NCBI GenBank assembly: GCA_002269645.1
Contig: NIVC01005172.1
Span: 1 to 23,854 of the forward strand
Direction: 5' to 3'
DNA length: 23,854 bases
From: Macrostomum lignano
Taxonomy: Eukaryota
The notes beneath the pieces are model-generated. The model searched no databases and was not told where the DNA came from. It worked only from the letters and a program-made list of their open reading frames with translations. The position numbers were made by a program, and so were the translations under genes. This document shows, piece by piece, positions 8,294 to 18,030 of the stretch (the first letter of the stretch is position 1; each line of letters starts with the position of its first letter).

Positions 8294-11287
8294 CGTCATA
8301 GCCAGAAAATTATTCAATTTTGAGGCGGACAAAGGCATATTTTAATTGGTTTAATTACTTTATCAAGTTGTTGCTTATTTTTTAATAATTTTTTGTCATC
8401 TTTTATTTGTTTTTTTGTTGTTTTATTTGATTTTTGAGGTTGCAATTTGTTTGGTATGCTGTTAGGGTAATGTGTTTTGGTATGCTTTTGTGGCCTCGCT
8501 CTTATCCTCAGGATTTTGCAATCTAGCGATCATGTTATTTAGCTCTTTGCTTTCAATTTTTCAATGTGTAAGATCCGACAAAAGTTCTTGCGGTTTAGAG
8601 TACGTAGCTTTTTAGTTTTCATTCTGCTTTGTTTTTTTGATACAAAAGATTTACTTCCAAGACAGAGTTCTTATAGAAAATGCCAAGAAAATAAAAAGCT
8701 AGAAAGCCGTCGGAAATGCCAAAAACAAAGGAATGATTTTTATAGGGGGAGAATAGAGGTGACCGACGGGGAACTAACGCGTCTGTCTTGCCAAAGCTCC
8801 CGGAGCAAGCGACAACATAAATTCTGGGCCATGCAGTGTACGGAAGTTTACCGGGATATTGTTGGGACCAGCTGCTTGCCACCTAGATAGCTGCGGCTCG
8901 CCCGAATTTGCTAAAGCGCCAAGAAGTTCTCTCCGACTAACTAAAAGAAGAGCCACCAGTTGATGTTGTTCTGCAGCTCTATTAGTCAGCACTGTGATGG
9001 AAAACACTGCCACAAATTCGGCTAGTATAGCCCGAGTTGAATGACACGCGCAGGTCAGAACACACGTCCTTGAGGCAACCCTAAGCCCTAGCAGCTATTC
9101 TATACGTGAGCGAGGTAGCAAGGAAACGAAGGACGGGCACTGGTGAGCAAGTGGCAGGAAATGAGCTGGGATAGAATCGAACGCCGCTCCAACAATTGAA
9201 TTAGAGTCGCTGCGGGTGGGATTATAGAGCTCCGCTATGGGTGATGAGCTTGCCAGAAGTTCGGCCCGGTGCCGCGCGCCAAGACTCCAGATTTATATTC
9301 GTCAACTTTTCTTCTCTTACGCAAAACCTGATTCGATTTTCAATGAGCGGCCCAGACTGCCGCATAGTTTTCTTATCTCTTTCGCTCTAGCTGTTCCATG
9401 TATTTCCTTTAGCTCGTAGATCTCTACCCCAGCGCGTGACTGGTTAGTGACGAATCCAGTGCTGCTTTATTGATGGGATGTCGCGCTGGCGTCACTGTGA
9501 TATCCTTAGTATCTTTTACGCTATCCAATCATCTTTATATATATTTTTCCTAACTCTGTGACGTCAATGTTTCTCTCCGTATGCCGAGATGTCTTCTGAA
9601 TTTGGTAAAAAGAATTTGATACGTTCTGCTCACTGAGGAGCAACGTAAGCTTATAAAGCAAAGAGCGATTTTGCATTTTAATTCATTTTTTCGAACTTAT
9701 TACATATGACTGTTACATCAATATACTAGAACTTCTAGATCCATGAAGCGGGAGAAAGTGACTAAGGTTCTTAAAGCGTTAAGATTCCACCAAACTTCAT
9801 GCAGACTAGCGAGGATTCCAAGCTAAACAGCGCAAGAACACGCGCCGAGAGTCTGTTTCCACTAACGTACTCTTGGGTCGTTGTTGAAGTATAAAATTTT
9901 GTGCAACTTCAATACGAGCAGCTCAAATAGCGTGCGCTTCTGATCTGCCTGCCTTTCTTCAAATTCTCCTCGATTGCCCAGCTGTTGGATTAGCTGTGGA
10001 GATATCCACTTCTCATTTGCTCCACTCCATTTCACCTCGCCAATAATTCACTTTCATTGGCGTTCCATGGCAATACTCCGTCGCTTCTCGTCAAGTGTTC
10101 TTTGCACAGTGGACAGCAGGAGAGAAAAAGAAGGCTAGCTTCCTCAAGTCCGCCGAACCACTAAATTTTTAGTCCAACTTTATATAAGAAAAGCACTTTA
10201 ATAATCGCTTCACGTATACGACATGGGGCCTATATATCAGAATAGCAGCGTCTGTGGATAGAAGATTTGATAAACAATATTTGCCCAGAAAGGTTTACAC
10301 CTATCTGAAAGCGTGCTGAGTTTCGGCTGCTGAGAACTAAACTATGAAGGTAAGCACAACAAGCTGGTCAGTTGGGGGCATGATTTAATATTTTGTGAAA
10401 ATATCGGCAGCAGTAGCCAAAAAGAAGGTGCAACAGGTTCCGGATCAGCCAGCGACTCTGTGTGCTAGCTGAGACACTGGGGGTGTTTGGGGCTTCTTTT
10501 ATAAAGATAAAAGTGTGCCTTAGCTGGGAACCAACTTAGGTGTAACCAAGAGTGAGAAAAGACTGACAGAAGGCACAGAAAAGAGGCACAGATTCTATAT
10601 TACCTAGATGTGTCTCTGCAGCATTCGCTAGTGTATTTAGCGGCCGTCTCCGAGGCACCGAAAACCCCGGGGTTAGGGCCATAGACACTGGCTGCTGCTA
10701 ATGTCTTGAGAGCAGCAGAAGCTACAGTCTATGGTCAAAACCCACAAAACAGCTTGTTGTTCGGCTGGAGAGACCCATCTAAGGGTAATATAAATCTGTG
10801 GGTCGCTCTTCCTTAGGCGGAGACCTGAAAAAACTCAAGGGGGACAAAGCGCATTTCGCCAAAATGCAGAGCCACCTTCTGCGCCCCTCTCTTGGGTCTT
10901 TACCCTCCATAATCCGCCCCCTCAACAAATTTCTGGTTGCACCACTGATAGAACACACTCATGACTGAGTCCTTAGTTTGAACTTAAGTTGAAACTTAAG
11001 AGTCAGTCTTAGGACAGTTTTCGAAACAACCCTCAGGCACATAAACATAAAATTAGGCTATTTTCTATGCTGCATCTTTCACAACAAAAAATTTTCGCAT
11101 CCTATCGGCTAAGAAGTTAAGTGTGAAGTTTTTTATTATTTAGAGTCCATCCAAACTCCAGTATACTTTGGTAACCTTGAGTATATCCAGTTAAATTTCG
11201 GAAGCCAATACCGTAAGCGCGCGGCACTCGAGCAAATGTAGGTGAAGTTTATTTAAAACGTTATTAAAGAATTATTTGATTTTTCAG

Positions 11288-11977
11288 TTCCAGATTCTAC
11301 TATTAGAGTGGCAGCTTCCACTTCTGCTTCTGCTCCTGCTAGCCTGCTCAAGCAGCCTCGCCTGTTCGTCATCTCAAAGGAAAGCGGACAAGTCCGGCAG
11401 CAGTTGCTCCGCCGCCGTGGCCTCAGCCGCCGCGCACGCTTCAATCGAGTGCAATCCGTTTGAGCGGCCGGCACTGAACTGCAGCGGCGCTGGGGCGGCC
11501 TGCCGAGGCTACAAATGCATCTGCTCGGATGGCGGCCATGTCTACGTCGCCGGACGGGGTTGTCGCGACGTTGACGAGTGCCGCGAACTGCCGCAACCCT
11601 GCAAAGGCACCGGCGTCAGCTGTTTAAATGTCAAAGGCGGCTACCAGTGCATCTGCGACGCCGAAGGTCATCAATACCATCCGTTCAAGGGATGCGGCAC
11701 TCACAATACGTGCCACTTCCCGTTCAAGTACAAGGGCACTTTTTATCACCACTGCATCCGGTCACAGCACCACCGACTGTGGTGCAGCCGTACTGCCGAT
11801 TACGACAAAGACAAAAAGTTTATCAACTGCGCGGCCGAGTTTGTCAGCCTGCACTGCCACTTCCCGTTCAAGTTCAAGGGCCGCGAGTACAAATCGTGCA
11901 TTGGAACAGGCAACGAGAAATGGTGCGCCACGACGTACAATTACGATCTGGACAGGCGCTGGGACATCTGCTATTAG
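11288..11977 (+). CDS. Secreted protein: signal peptide, EGF, calcium-binding EGF, two fibronectin type II domains (start codon not in this exon)
   Basis: Hydrophobic LPLLLLLLLACSSSLA. Six-Cys EGF, then DVDEC...CLNVKGGYQCIC (cbEGF with the C-x-N-x4-Y-x-C-x-C hydroxylation motif). Two FN2 repeats: CHFPFKYKG..Y..C...WCSRT.DYDKDKKF..C and CHFPFKFKG.EY..C...WCATTYNYD.D.RW..C. Tandem stops TAG TAA. Preceded by acceptor TTTTTCAG (11287). The ORF-track start is TTG, not ATG. Confidence 0.9.
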   Translation, partial: FQILLLEWQLPLLLLLLLACSSSLACSSSQRKADKSGSSCSAAVASAAAHASIECNPFERPALNCSGAGAACRGYKCICSDGGHVYVAGRGCRDVDECRELPQPCKGTGVSCLNVKGGYQCICDAEGHQYHPFKGCGTHNTCHFPFKYKGTFYHHCIRSQHHRLWCSRTADYDKDKKFINCAAEFVSLHCHFPFKFKGREYKSCIGTGNEKWCATTYNYDLDRRWDICY

Positions 11978-12380
11978 TAACTCTGAGTCACTCCAGGTGC
12001 AAGGAGAGTGAAATCCTCCATGACATTTTCTAGGCTATTGTCAGACAAAAAAATTGAATGAGAAGTATGAAATCATTTTTATCTTATTTTTAATCGGTAT
12101 CTTTGATCAAAGTTTGAAGGCAAATTTCAAGGGAAAGAGGGGCGTGGTTTGGTATTACTAACTGTTGACCATTGTGTCGGTGTTGGTGCTTTTATTTTTG
12201 TTAATTACACACTACTATCAGTAGTCAGTTTCAATTGAATCCGACTACAAATAATTTTCAAATTGTCGACATGGATGCAAAAATTTTTTGTCTTTCATTT
12301 TTTTGGACATACAATGACAACAGCAAAATACGCTGTCACTCAGTTATTACGTCGTACAGAGAGCCTGGTCTCGGGTGTAG

Positions 12381-12929
12381 GCGTCGACGCAGGTAGAAGG
12401 CCAGTGCATGACTGGCTGCACCTTCAAGACCGGAGACGAGCGAGTTTCAAACGCGACACTGCATCGTTGCGCCGGCCCCGTCTGTCCAAACGAATTGTTG
12501 CCAGGCCAAATCAGTTGCGCCGAGTTGTACTGCCTGCAGATGGTGCACTACCTTACCGACGAAGACAGGCCCGCACTCGGCGTTTCGTCGACTGCCTTCC
12601 GACCGATGCCGGTGCCCCGGATACGGTCGCTTAGGCGCTGGGGCGCACCCTGTGATGCTACTTTTCCTTGAGACCCTAACTGATGCTGTTGTTGTTGTTG
12701 TTTTTTTCATTTTCGTTGTTGTTGTTGTCGTGCGTGTGTGCGTTCTGCAGACGTTGCTTCATCGGACCCACGGACAACGGGGTGTTCCGGTCGAAAGAAC
12801 TTCATACCATTTTCGCTCACCTGCAACACTCCAACTAGTGGTCCTTTTCTTCCTCCATACCGCACTCTGTGTACGCGGCGACACGTCCCAAGCCGATTTT
12901 CTGCCGCCAATAGGCGGTCATTTCAGTGA
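12381..12929 (+). other. Possible two-exon Cys-rich coding sequence of unknown family (12381-12651 and 12751-12929)
   Basis: GC-rich codon usage in QCMTGCTFKTGD...HRCAGPVCP...SCAELYC. Candidate phase-1 intron 12652-12750 (CCCT|GTGATG, CTAAC branch-like motif, T-rich tract, CTGCAG) joins it in frame to the 12738-12929 ORF. No domain recognised and no clear start. Confidence 0.25.
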
Positions 12930-13229
12930 CCGCGCGTATTGAACACACTGCGTAAGCGTACATGTAAATTTGACGCTACGACTGCCTGCACTACGATTAA
13001 CTTTTAAGTTGTAGATCTTCTTGAAGCGCTCACTACTGCTACGAGTAGGCACCAGGCATTCAATTGTAAGATTAGTCGGCTTTACTTACCTCCAGTCCAG
13101 CGGGACCTGCTCCTGGGGGGAAGAAGGGGTGGCATCGGCGGTCTCATTGCCTACAGTGGCCCGTTTGCAGTTAGCAGCAACGAGACCTTCCTGGTCGAAT
13201 CAACGCGCTCCAACTAGACACCGTTCGAA

Positions 13230-13523
13230 GGGGGTTGTAGCCTAGTGATTAGAGCATCGAACTCACGACTGAAAGATCGGGGGTTCGATTCTCGACCCAC
13301 TGGAAACAATAAGACACTTAACTCTGCATGCTTCAGCTCACCCAGCTGTAAAATGGGTGCCAGCATTAGCTGGGGTAATTGAGGGTGTGTGTGGTAACCC
13401 CCCAGTCCTTGGACTGGTGGACTGGACAGCCGTATGCAGCCTTCAGATGCGCCGGGCAATAGCTGCGGCTGAGGTGTCGATTGCTCATCTGCCCATTAGG
13501 GCAGGTGTAATAAATTATTATTT
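13230..13523 (+). mobile_element. tRNA-derived SINE with a CORE/Meta-type central domain, apparently full length
   Basis: Pol III A-box-like TAGCCTAGTGA (13238) and B-box GGTTCGATTC (13282). Then AAGACACTTAACTCTGCATGCTTCAGCTCACCCAGCTGTAAAATGGGT, resembling the MIR/CORE consensus AAGTCACTTAAC...CCTCAG...CTGTAAAATGGG. AT-rich tail TAATAAATTATTATT. Second copy at 8168-8293. No target-site duplication seen. Confidence 0.78.
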
Positions 13524-13590
13524 GCCATTGCGCTGCCTTAGCGTCGCCTCGAAGTTTACCGCAGTCTCGCTCTGGTCCAGCGTAACGGCC

Positions 13591-13680
13591 TTTGTTTTTT
13601 GTTGTTGTTATTTTTGTTGTTGTTGTGTTTGTGTTGTTGTTATTGTTGTTGTCGTTGTTATTGTTGCTGTTATTGTTGTT

Positions 13681-13719
<39 letters not shown>

Positions 13720-13912
13720 TTTGATGTTGTTGTTGCTATTGTTGTTGTTTTTGATGTTTTTGTTATTGTTATTGTTGTTGTTGTTGTTGTTGCTGCTGCT
13801 GTTGTTATTGTTGTTGTTGTTGTTGTTGTTGTTATTGTTGTTGTTGCTTTTGTTTTTGTTGTTTTTGTTTTTGTTGTTGTTTTTGTTGTTGTTGTTGTTG
13901 TTGTTGTTGTTA
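13591..13912 (+). repeat. Degenerate (GTT)n trinucleotide microsatellite
   Basis: Read directly, with ATT/GCT/TTT/GAT variants. Generates the poly-V, poly-L and poly-N ORFs. Confidence 0.97.
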
Positions 13913-14869
13913 TGAATCAGCCTCCAAGCAATCAAAAAATGTATTTGCCGTTTAAGTGCTAAAAAACTTCTATTCATTCACGTCTATAAATAAATTTTAA
14001 TAAATTGAAGTCAAACCAGAGCTGGACAGAGACAGAGCAGGTAGTTATGAGAATAATCAATCCCTCTGTCAGTCCAGGAAAAGCCCTAAGCAACCCCACT
14101 CTCTCATCGGCTTAAATCAAGCTCTATGGATCTCGAATTTCCCGACAAAAAATTTATCTTCTTGCCCCTAGCTACCGGGCAAGCTTTCTCTAGAGAGGCC
14201 GCAACTGGCGCAGGTGAAGAGATAAGTTTTGGTGCGGATTTTCGAATTTAATTCGAAGAAATGATGAAGAAGGAGCCGCCTGGCCAGCGAGAAGAAGGAT
14301 TTGTCCGACGGGGCGCAGAGAGGAAGAGGAGAGGAGATTATCTCGGCGCCCTCCCGCCGGAGATGGCATCGAGGTGTTTGGGGATCCGCGGGAGTCGGCA
14401 GCAGCGAGTCAGCTGAGAGGAGGCGGCTTTAGCAACAGCAGCATCTGAGGATTATCGAATTATCCTCGCCTGTCCACTTCTCATCTTTCCTACTCCCTCT
14501 CCCCCTCCCGCCGTCTCCAGCAAGGGTGTTGTCGCCTTCTCAATGCCACCCCAGACTCCGCACTAGATATCCTTAAAATTGAAATCCGATAGAGCCTGCT
14601 CTTGAGTAGTCGGGTTTGCTGTAGACGAAATTGGTTTTACCAGCGATACCAAGCGAACGTAGCCAGCCGGGTCTCTTCTGGACAAAATTAAATCTGTTAA
14701 CTTTATGGACGGCCCCACAACAAGTCAATGCTGGTACTGTAGGATAACTGATACTGATTGACACTCGGTACCTTGGCATGGCTAAAAACCACATTTTAAC
14801 TATCTACAACGAATGGGAACAAATTTCAAAACTGATAAATTGATTGTGGGATCAGATATTTTACACTGA

Positions 14870-15965
14870 CATCACCTGTTAGACAGAGGCATCACCTGTT
14901 AGACAGAGGCATCACCTGTTAGACAGAGACATCACCTGTTAGACAGTGGTAGCACCTGTTAGATAGCGGCAGCACCTGTTAGACAGTGGCATCATCTGTT
15001 AGACAGAGGCATCACCTGTTAGACAGTGGCAGCACCTGTTAGTCAGTGGCATCACCTGTTAGATAGCGGCAGCACCTGTTAGACAGTGGCAGCACCTGTT
15101 AGACAGTGGCATCACCTGTTAGATAGCGGCAGCATCTGTTAGACAGTGGCATCACCTGTTAGACAGCGGCATTACCTGTTAGACAGTGGCATCATCTGTT
15201 AGACAGCGGCATTACCTGTTAGACAGTGGCAGCACCTGTTAGTCAGTGGCATCACCTGTTAGTCAGTGGCAGCACCTGTTAGACAGTGGCATCACCTGTT
15301 AGTCAGTGTCATCACCTGTTAGATAGCGGCAGCATCTGTTAGACAGTGGCACCATCTGTTAGACAGTGGCATCATCTGTTAGACAGTGGCATCATCTGTT
15401 AGACAGTGGCATCGTCTGTTAGACAGTGGCATCACTTGTTAGACAATAGCATAATTCTGTTAGACAGTGGCATCATTCTGTTAGACAGAGGCAACACTTG
15501 TTAAAACAGTGGCACCATCTGTTAGACAGTGGCACCATCTGTTAGACAGTGGCACCATCTGTTAGACAGTGGCACCATCTGTTAGACAGTAGCATCATTC
15601 TGTTAGACAGTGGCATCACTTGTTAGACAGTAGCATCATTCTGTTAGACAGTGGCATCACTTGTTAGACAGTAGCATCATCTGTTAGACAGTAGCATCAT
15701 CTGTTAGACAGTGGCATCATTCTGTTAGACAGTGGCATCATTCTGTTAGACAGAGGCATCATTCTGTTAGACAGAGGCATCATTCTGTTAGACAGTGGCA
15801 TCATTCTGTTAGACAGTGGCATCATTCTGTTAGACAGTGGCATCATTCTGTTAGACAGTGGCATCATTCTGTTAGACAGTGGCATCATTCTGTTAGACAG
15901 TGGCATCATTCTGTTAGACAGTGGCATCATTCTGTTAGACAAAAGCATCACTTGTTAGAACAGTG
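14870..15965 (+). repeat. 20/21-bp minisatellite CATCACCTGTTAGACAGTGG grading into CATCATTCTGTTAGACAGTGG, about 54 units
   Basis: Exact 20-bp phase over about 14870-15430, a mixed zone, then 21-bp units over about 15697-15950 (source of the MMPLSNR ORF). Confidence 0.97.
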
Positions 15966-16317
15966 GCAGTGTAGCAAATTCACTAAAAATATTAAAAAAG
16001 GAGACTCGATGGCCAGAGAGAAGCAGTGCAGCGAGGAACATTCACCTACTCTCTCTCCCCCTATGTATTTTGAATGGCAGAAAGAAAACGCTTTCCCATT
16101 GGCTGCAGCCATGTAACAGGAGAAATTGCCAGGCGTAGTGTTACACTCCTATTGCCCACAATGGGCCCAGAAAGGCACCAATAGGAAGAATTGGCTTGGA
16201 TTTGGCACGCTAATACTAGGAGCTTCTGGAGCTTACAGCTTGCTCCTCTTCTAGCTACAAGCGACAGCAAATGGGCAGCATGTCACTCTGAAGCTCGACA
16301 GCAAGCCTCAGAAAAAG

Positions 16318-16481
16318 ATGCAGCTCCTGCTCCTATTGCTGCTTCTGGTGCTAGCGCCGCTGGAATTGGCGCAAGTAGCGGCAACTCAAACAGCTGGCGA
16401 GGACAGCAAGGGCGGCAACTGCTTCTCCATCCGACAGGGTGGCAGGGTTCGCTACAGCCTGCCGGCATTCAACGGCACCAA
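16318..16481 (+). CDS. Laminin-G (LNS) domain protein, exon 1 (signal peptide); absent from the ORF track
   Basis: ATG at 16318: MQLLLLLLLLVLAPLELAQVAATQTAGEDSKGGNCFSIRQGGRVRYSLPAFNGT. Phase-2 donor AA|GTGAGA matches the phase-2 acceptor at 20209, giving AAC (Asn) and FNGTN-AVITLKF, a plausible LamG N-terminus. Confidence 0.78.
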
Positions 16482-16597
16482 GTGAGAATGGCTGGCTGTC
16501 TCCTGTCTCAACGTTCTTCTATCCGTATTTAAAATAAAGTCGCTAAGGTCCTTCTTACCTTCTTACCTAGAGTGACTAGAATCTAGTGACTAGAGTG

Positions 16598-17399
16598 ATA
16601 GAATCTGTGGCTGGAGTGACGCATCTAGGTAATATAGAATCTGTGGCTGGAGTGACACACTAGGTAATATAGAATCTGTGGCTGGAGTGACACACTAGGT
16701 AATATAGAATCTGTGGCTGGAGTGACACACTAGGTTAAATAGAATCTGTGGCTGGAGTGACACACTAGGTAATATAGAATCTGTGGCTGGAGTGACACAC
16801 TAGGTAATATAGAATCTGTGGCTGGAGTGACACACTAGGTAATATAGAATCTGTGGCTGGAGTGACACATCTAGGTAATATAGAATCTGTGGCTGGAGTG
16901 ACACATCTATAGGCAATATGGAATCTGTGGCTGGAGTGACACATCAAGGTAATATAGAATCTGTGGCTGGAGTGACACATCTAGGTAATATAGAATCTGT
17001 GACTGGAGTGACACATCTATAGGTAGTATAGAATCTGTGGCTGGAGTGACACATCTATAGGTAGTATAGAATCTGTGGCTGGAGTGACACATCTATAGGT
17101 AGTATAGAATCTGTGGCTGGAGTGACACATCTATAGGTAGTATAGAATCTGTGGCTGGAGTGACACATCTATAGGTAGTATAGAATCTGTGGCTGGAGTG
17201 ACACATCTATAGGTAGTATAGAATTTGTGGCTGGAGTGACACATCTATAGGTAGTATAGAATCTGTGGCTGGAGTGACACATCTATAGGTAGTATAGAAT
17301 CTGTGGCTGGAGTGACACATCTATAGGTAGTATAGAATCTGTGGCTGGAGTGACACATCTATAGGTAATATAGAATCTGTGGTTGGAGTGACAAATCTA
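16598..17399 (+). repeat. 35-38-bp minisatellite (ATAGAATCTGTGGCTGGAGTGACACA core), about 22 units, in LamG intron 1
   Basis: Read directly. Unit length rises from 35 (ACACACTAGGTAAT) to 36 (ACACATCTAGGTAAT) to 38 (ACACATCTATAGGTAGT) along the array. Confidence 0.97.
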
Positions 17400-17559
17400 C
17401 GAGCATAGGTAGTATTTCCTATATACTAAAATAGAATCTGTAGTCTAAATTGCATATCAAGCATCAATGTTTCGATGAATTTTTGTCAAATTTGTCTTGT
17501 TTTCTAGTCTTGTTTTCAGCTATAGTTGTAAAAAATGCACGAGGCCTCGTAGAAATCCA

Positions 17560-18030
17560 TCGTATTTCTAAGAAAATCCTGTGTAGATCTGGACGGGACG
17601 GGAGATCTGGCGAAACAATTAGCATGGAAGAAGAAATTCACACTGTCGGTGGCTATTTATTGGGCATCATCTATAGCTAATGGGATTTTTTATACAGCCG
17701 AAATGGACACTGAGCGATGAGGAGCGCATGAGAATGACTCAGCTAAGTGCTGACAGCTGCCCCGCAGTTGATAAAAGCATGAAACTGCGGGACTGAGATG
17801 AGCTTCTTCCCTGCGCATTAGCCAGGAGAAAAAACCATTTGGAAAACGGTAAAAGTTTCCATCATTTCGCGGGATGGAACAATTTTATCGGCACTTTCCG
17901 TACGCTTCCGTGGGCACTGCTTCGACACTGATGAGGCGCTAAAAGATGCTGCGACCAACCTGGTTCGAGGGTTGCTCAACGCAGTTCTAGCAGAAGTGCT
18001 GTGCTCTATTTCCATACACAATCTTTGGAT
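17560..18030 (+). mobile_element. Possible heavily degraded Tc1/mariner transposase remnant
   Basis: Stop-interrupted translations KKKFTLSVAIYWASSIANGIFY and RFRGHCFDTDEALKDAATNLVRG (from 17903) resemble mariner KKVMLxVWW..G and C-terminal LRG..F.SDEE.K.AV segments. No YSPDLAP motif, catalytic triad or TIRs seen. Confidence 0.22.

Noticed and set aside
12770-12830. TDNGVFRSKE as a retroviral or copia integrase core
   Set aside because: Only one short motif; no first Asp strand or NG.AER motif, and the frame has stops.
13230-13302. tRNA gene
   Set aside because: A and B boxes are present but I cannot fold a full cloverleaf, and the sequence runs into a CORE-like domain and a tail shared with a dispersed copy, which indicates a SINE head.
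13357-13977. Poly-Val, poly-Asn and poly-Leu proteins
   Set aside because: Translations of the SINE tail and the (GTT)n microsatellite.
15697-17092. (MMPLSNR)n and CHSSHRF-repeat ORFs
   Set aside because: Translations of the 21-bp and 35-38-bp minisatellites.
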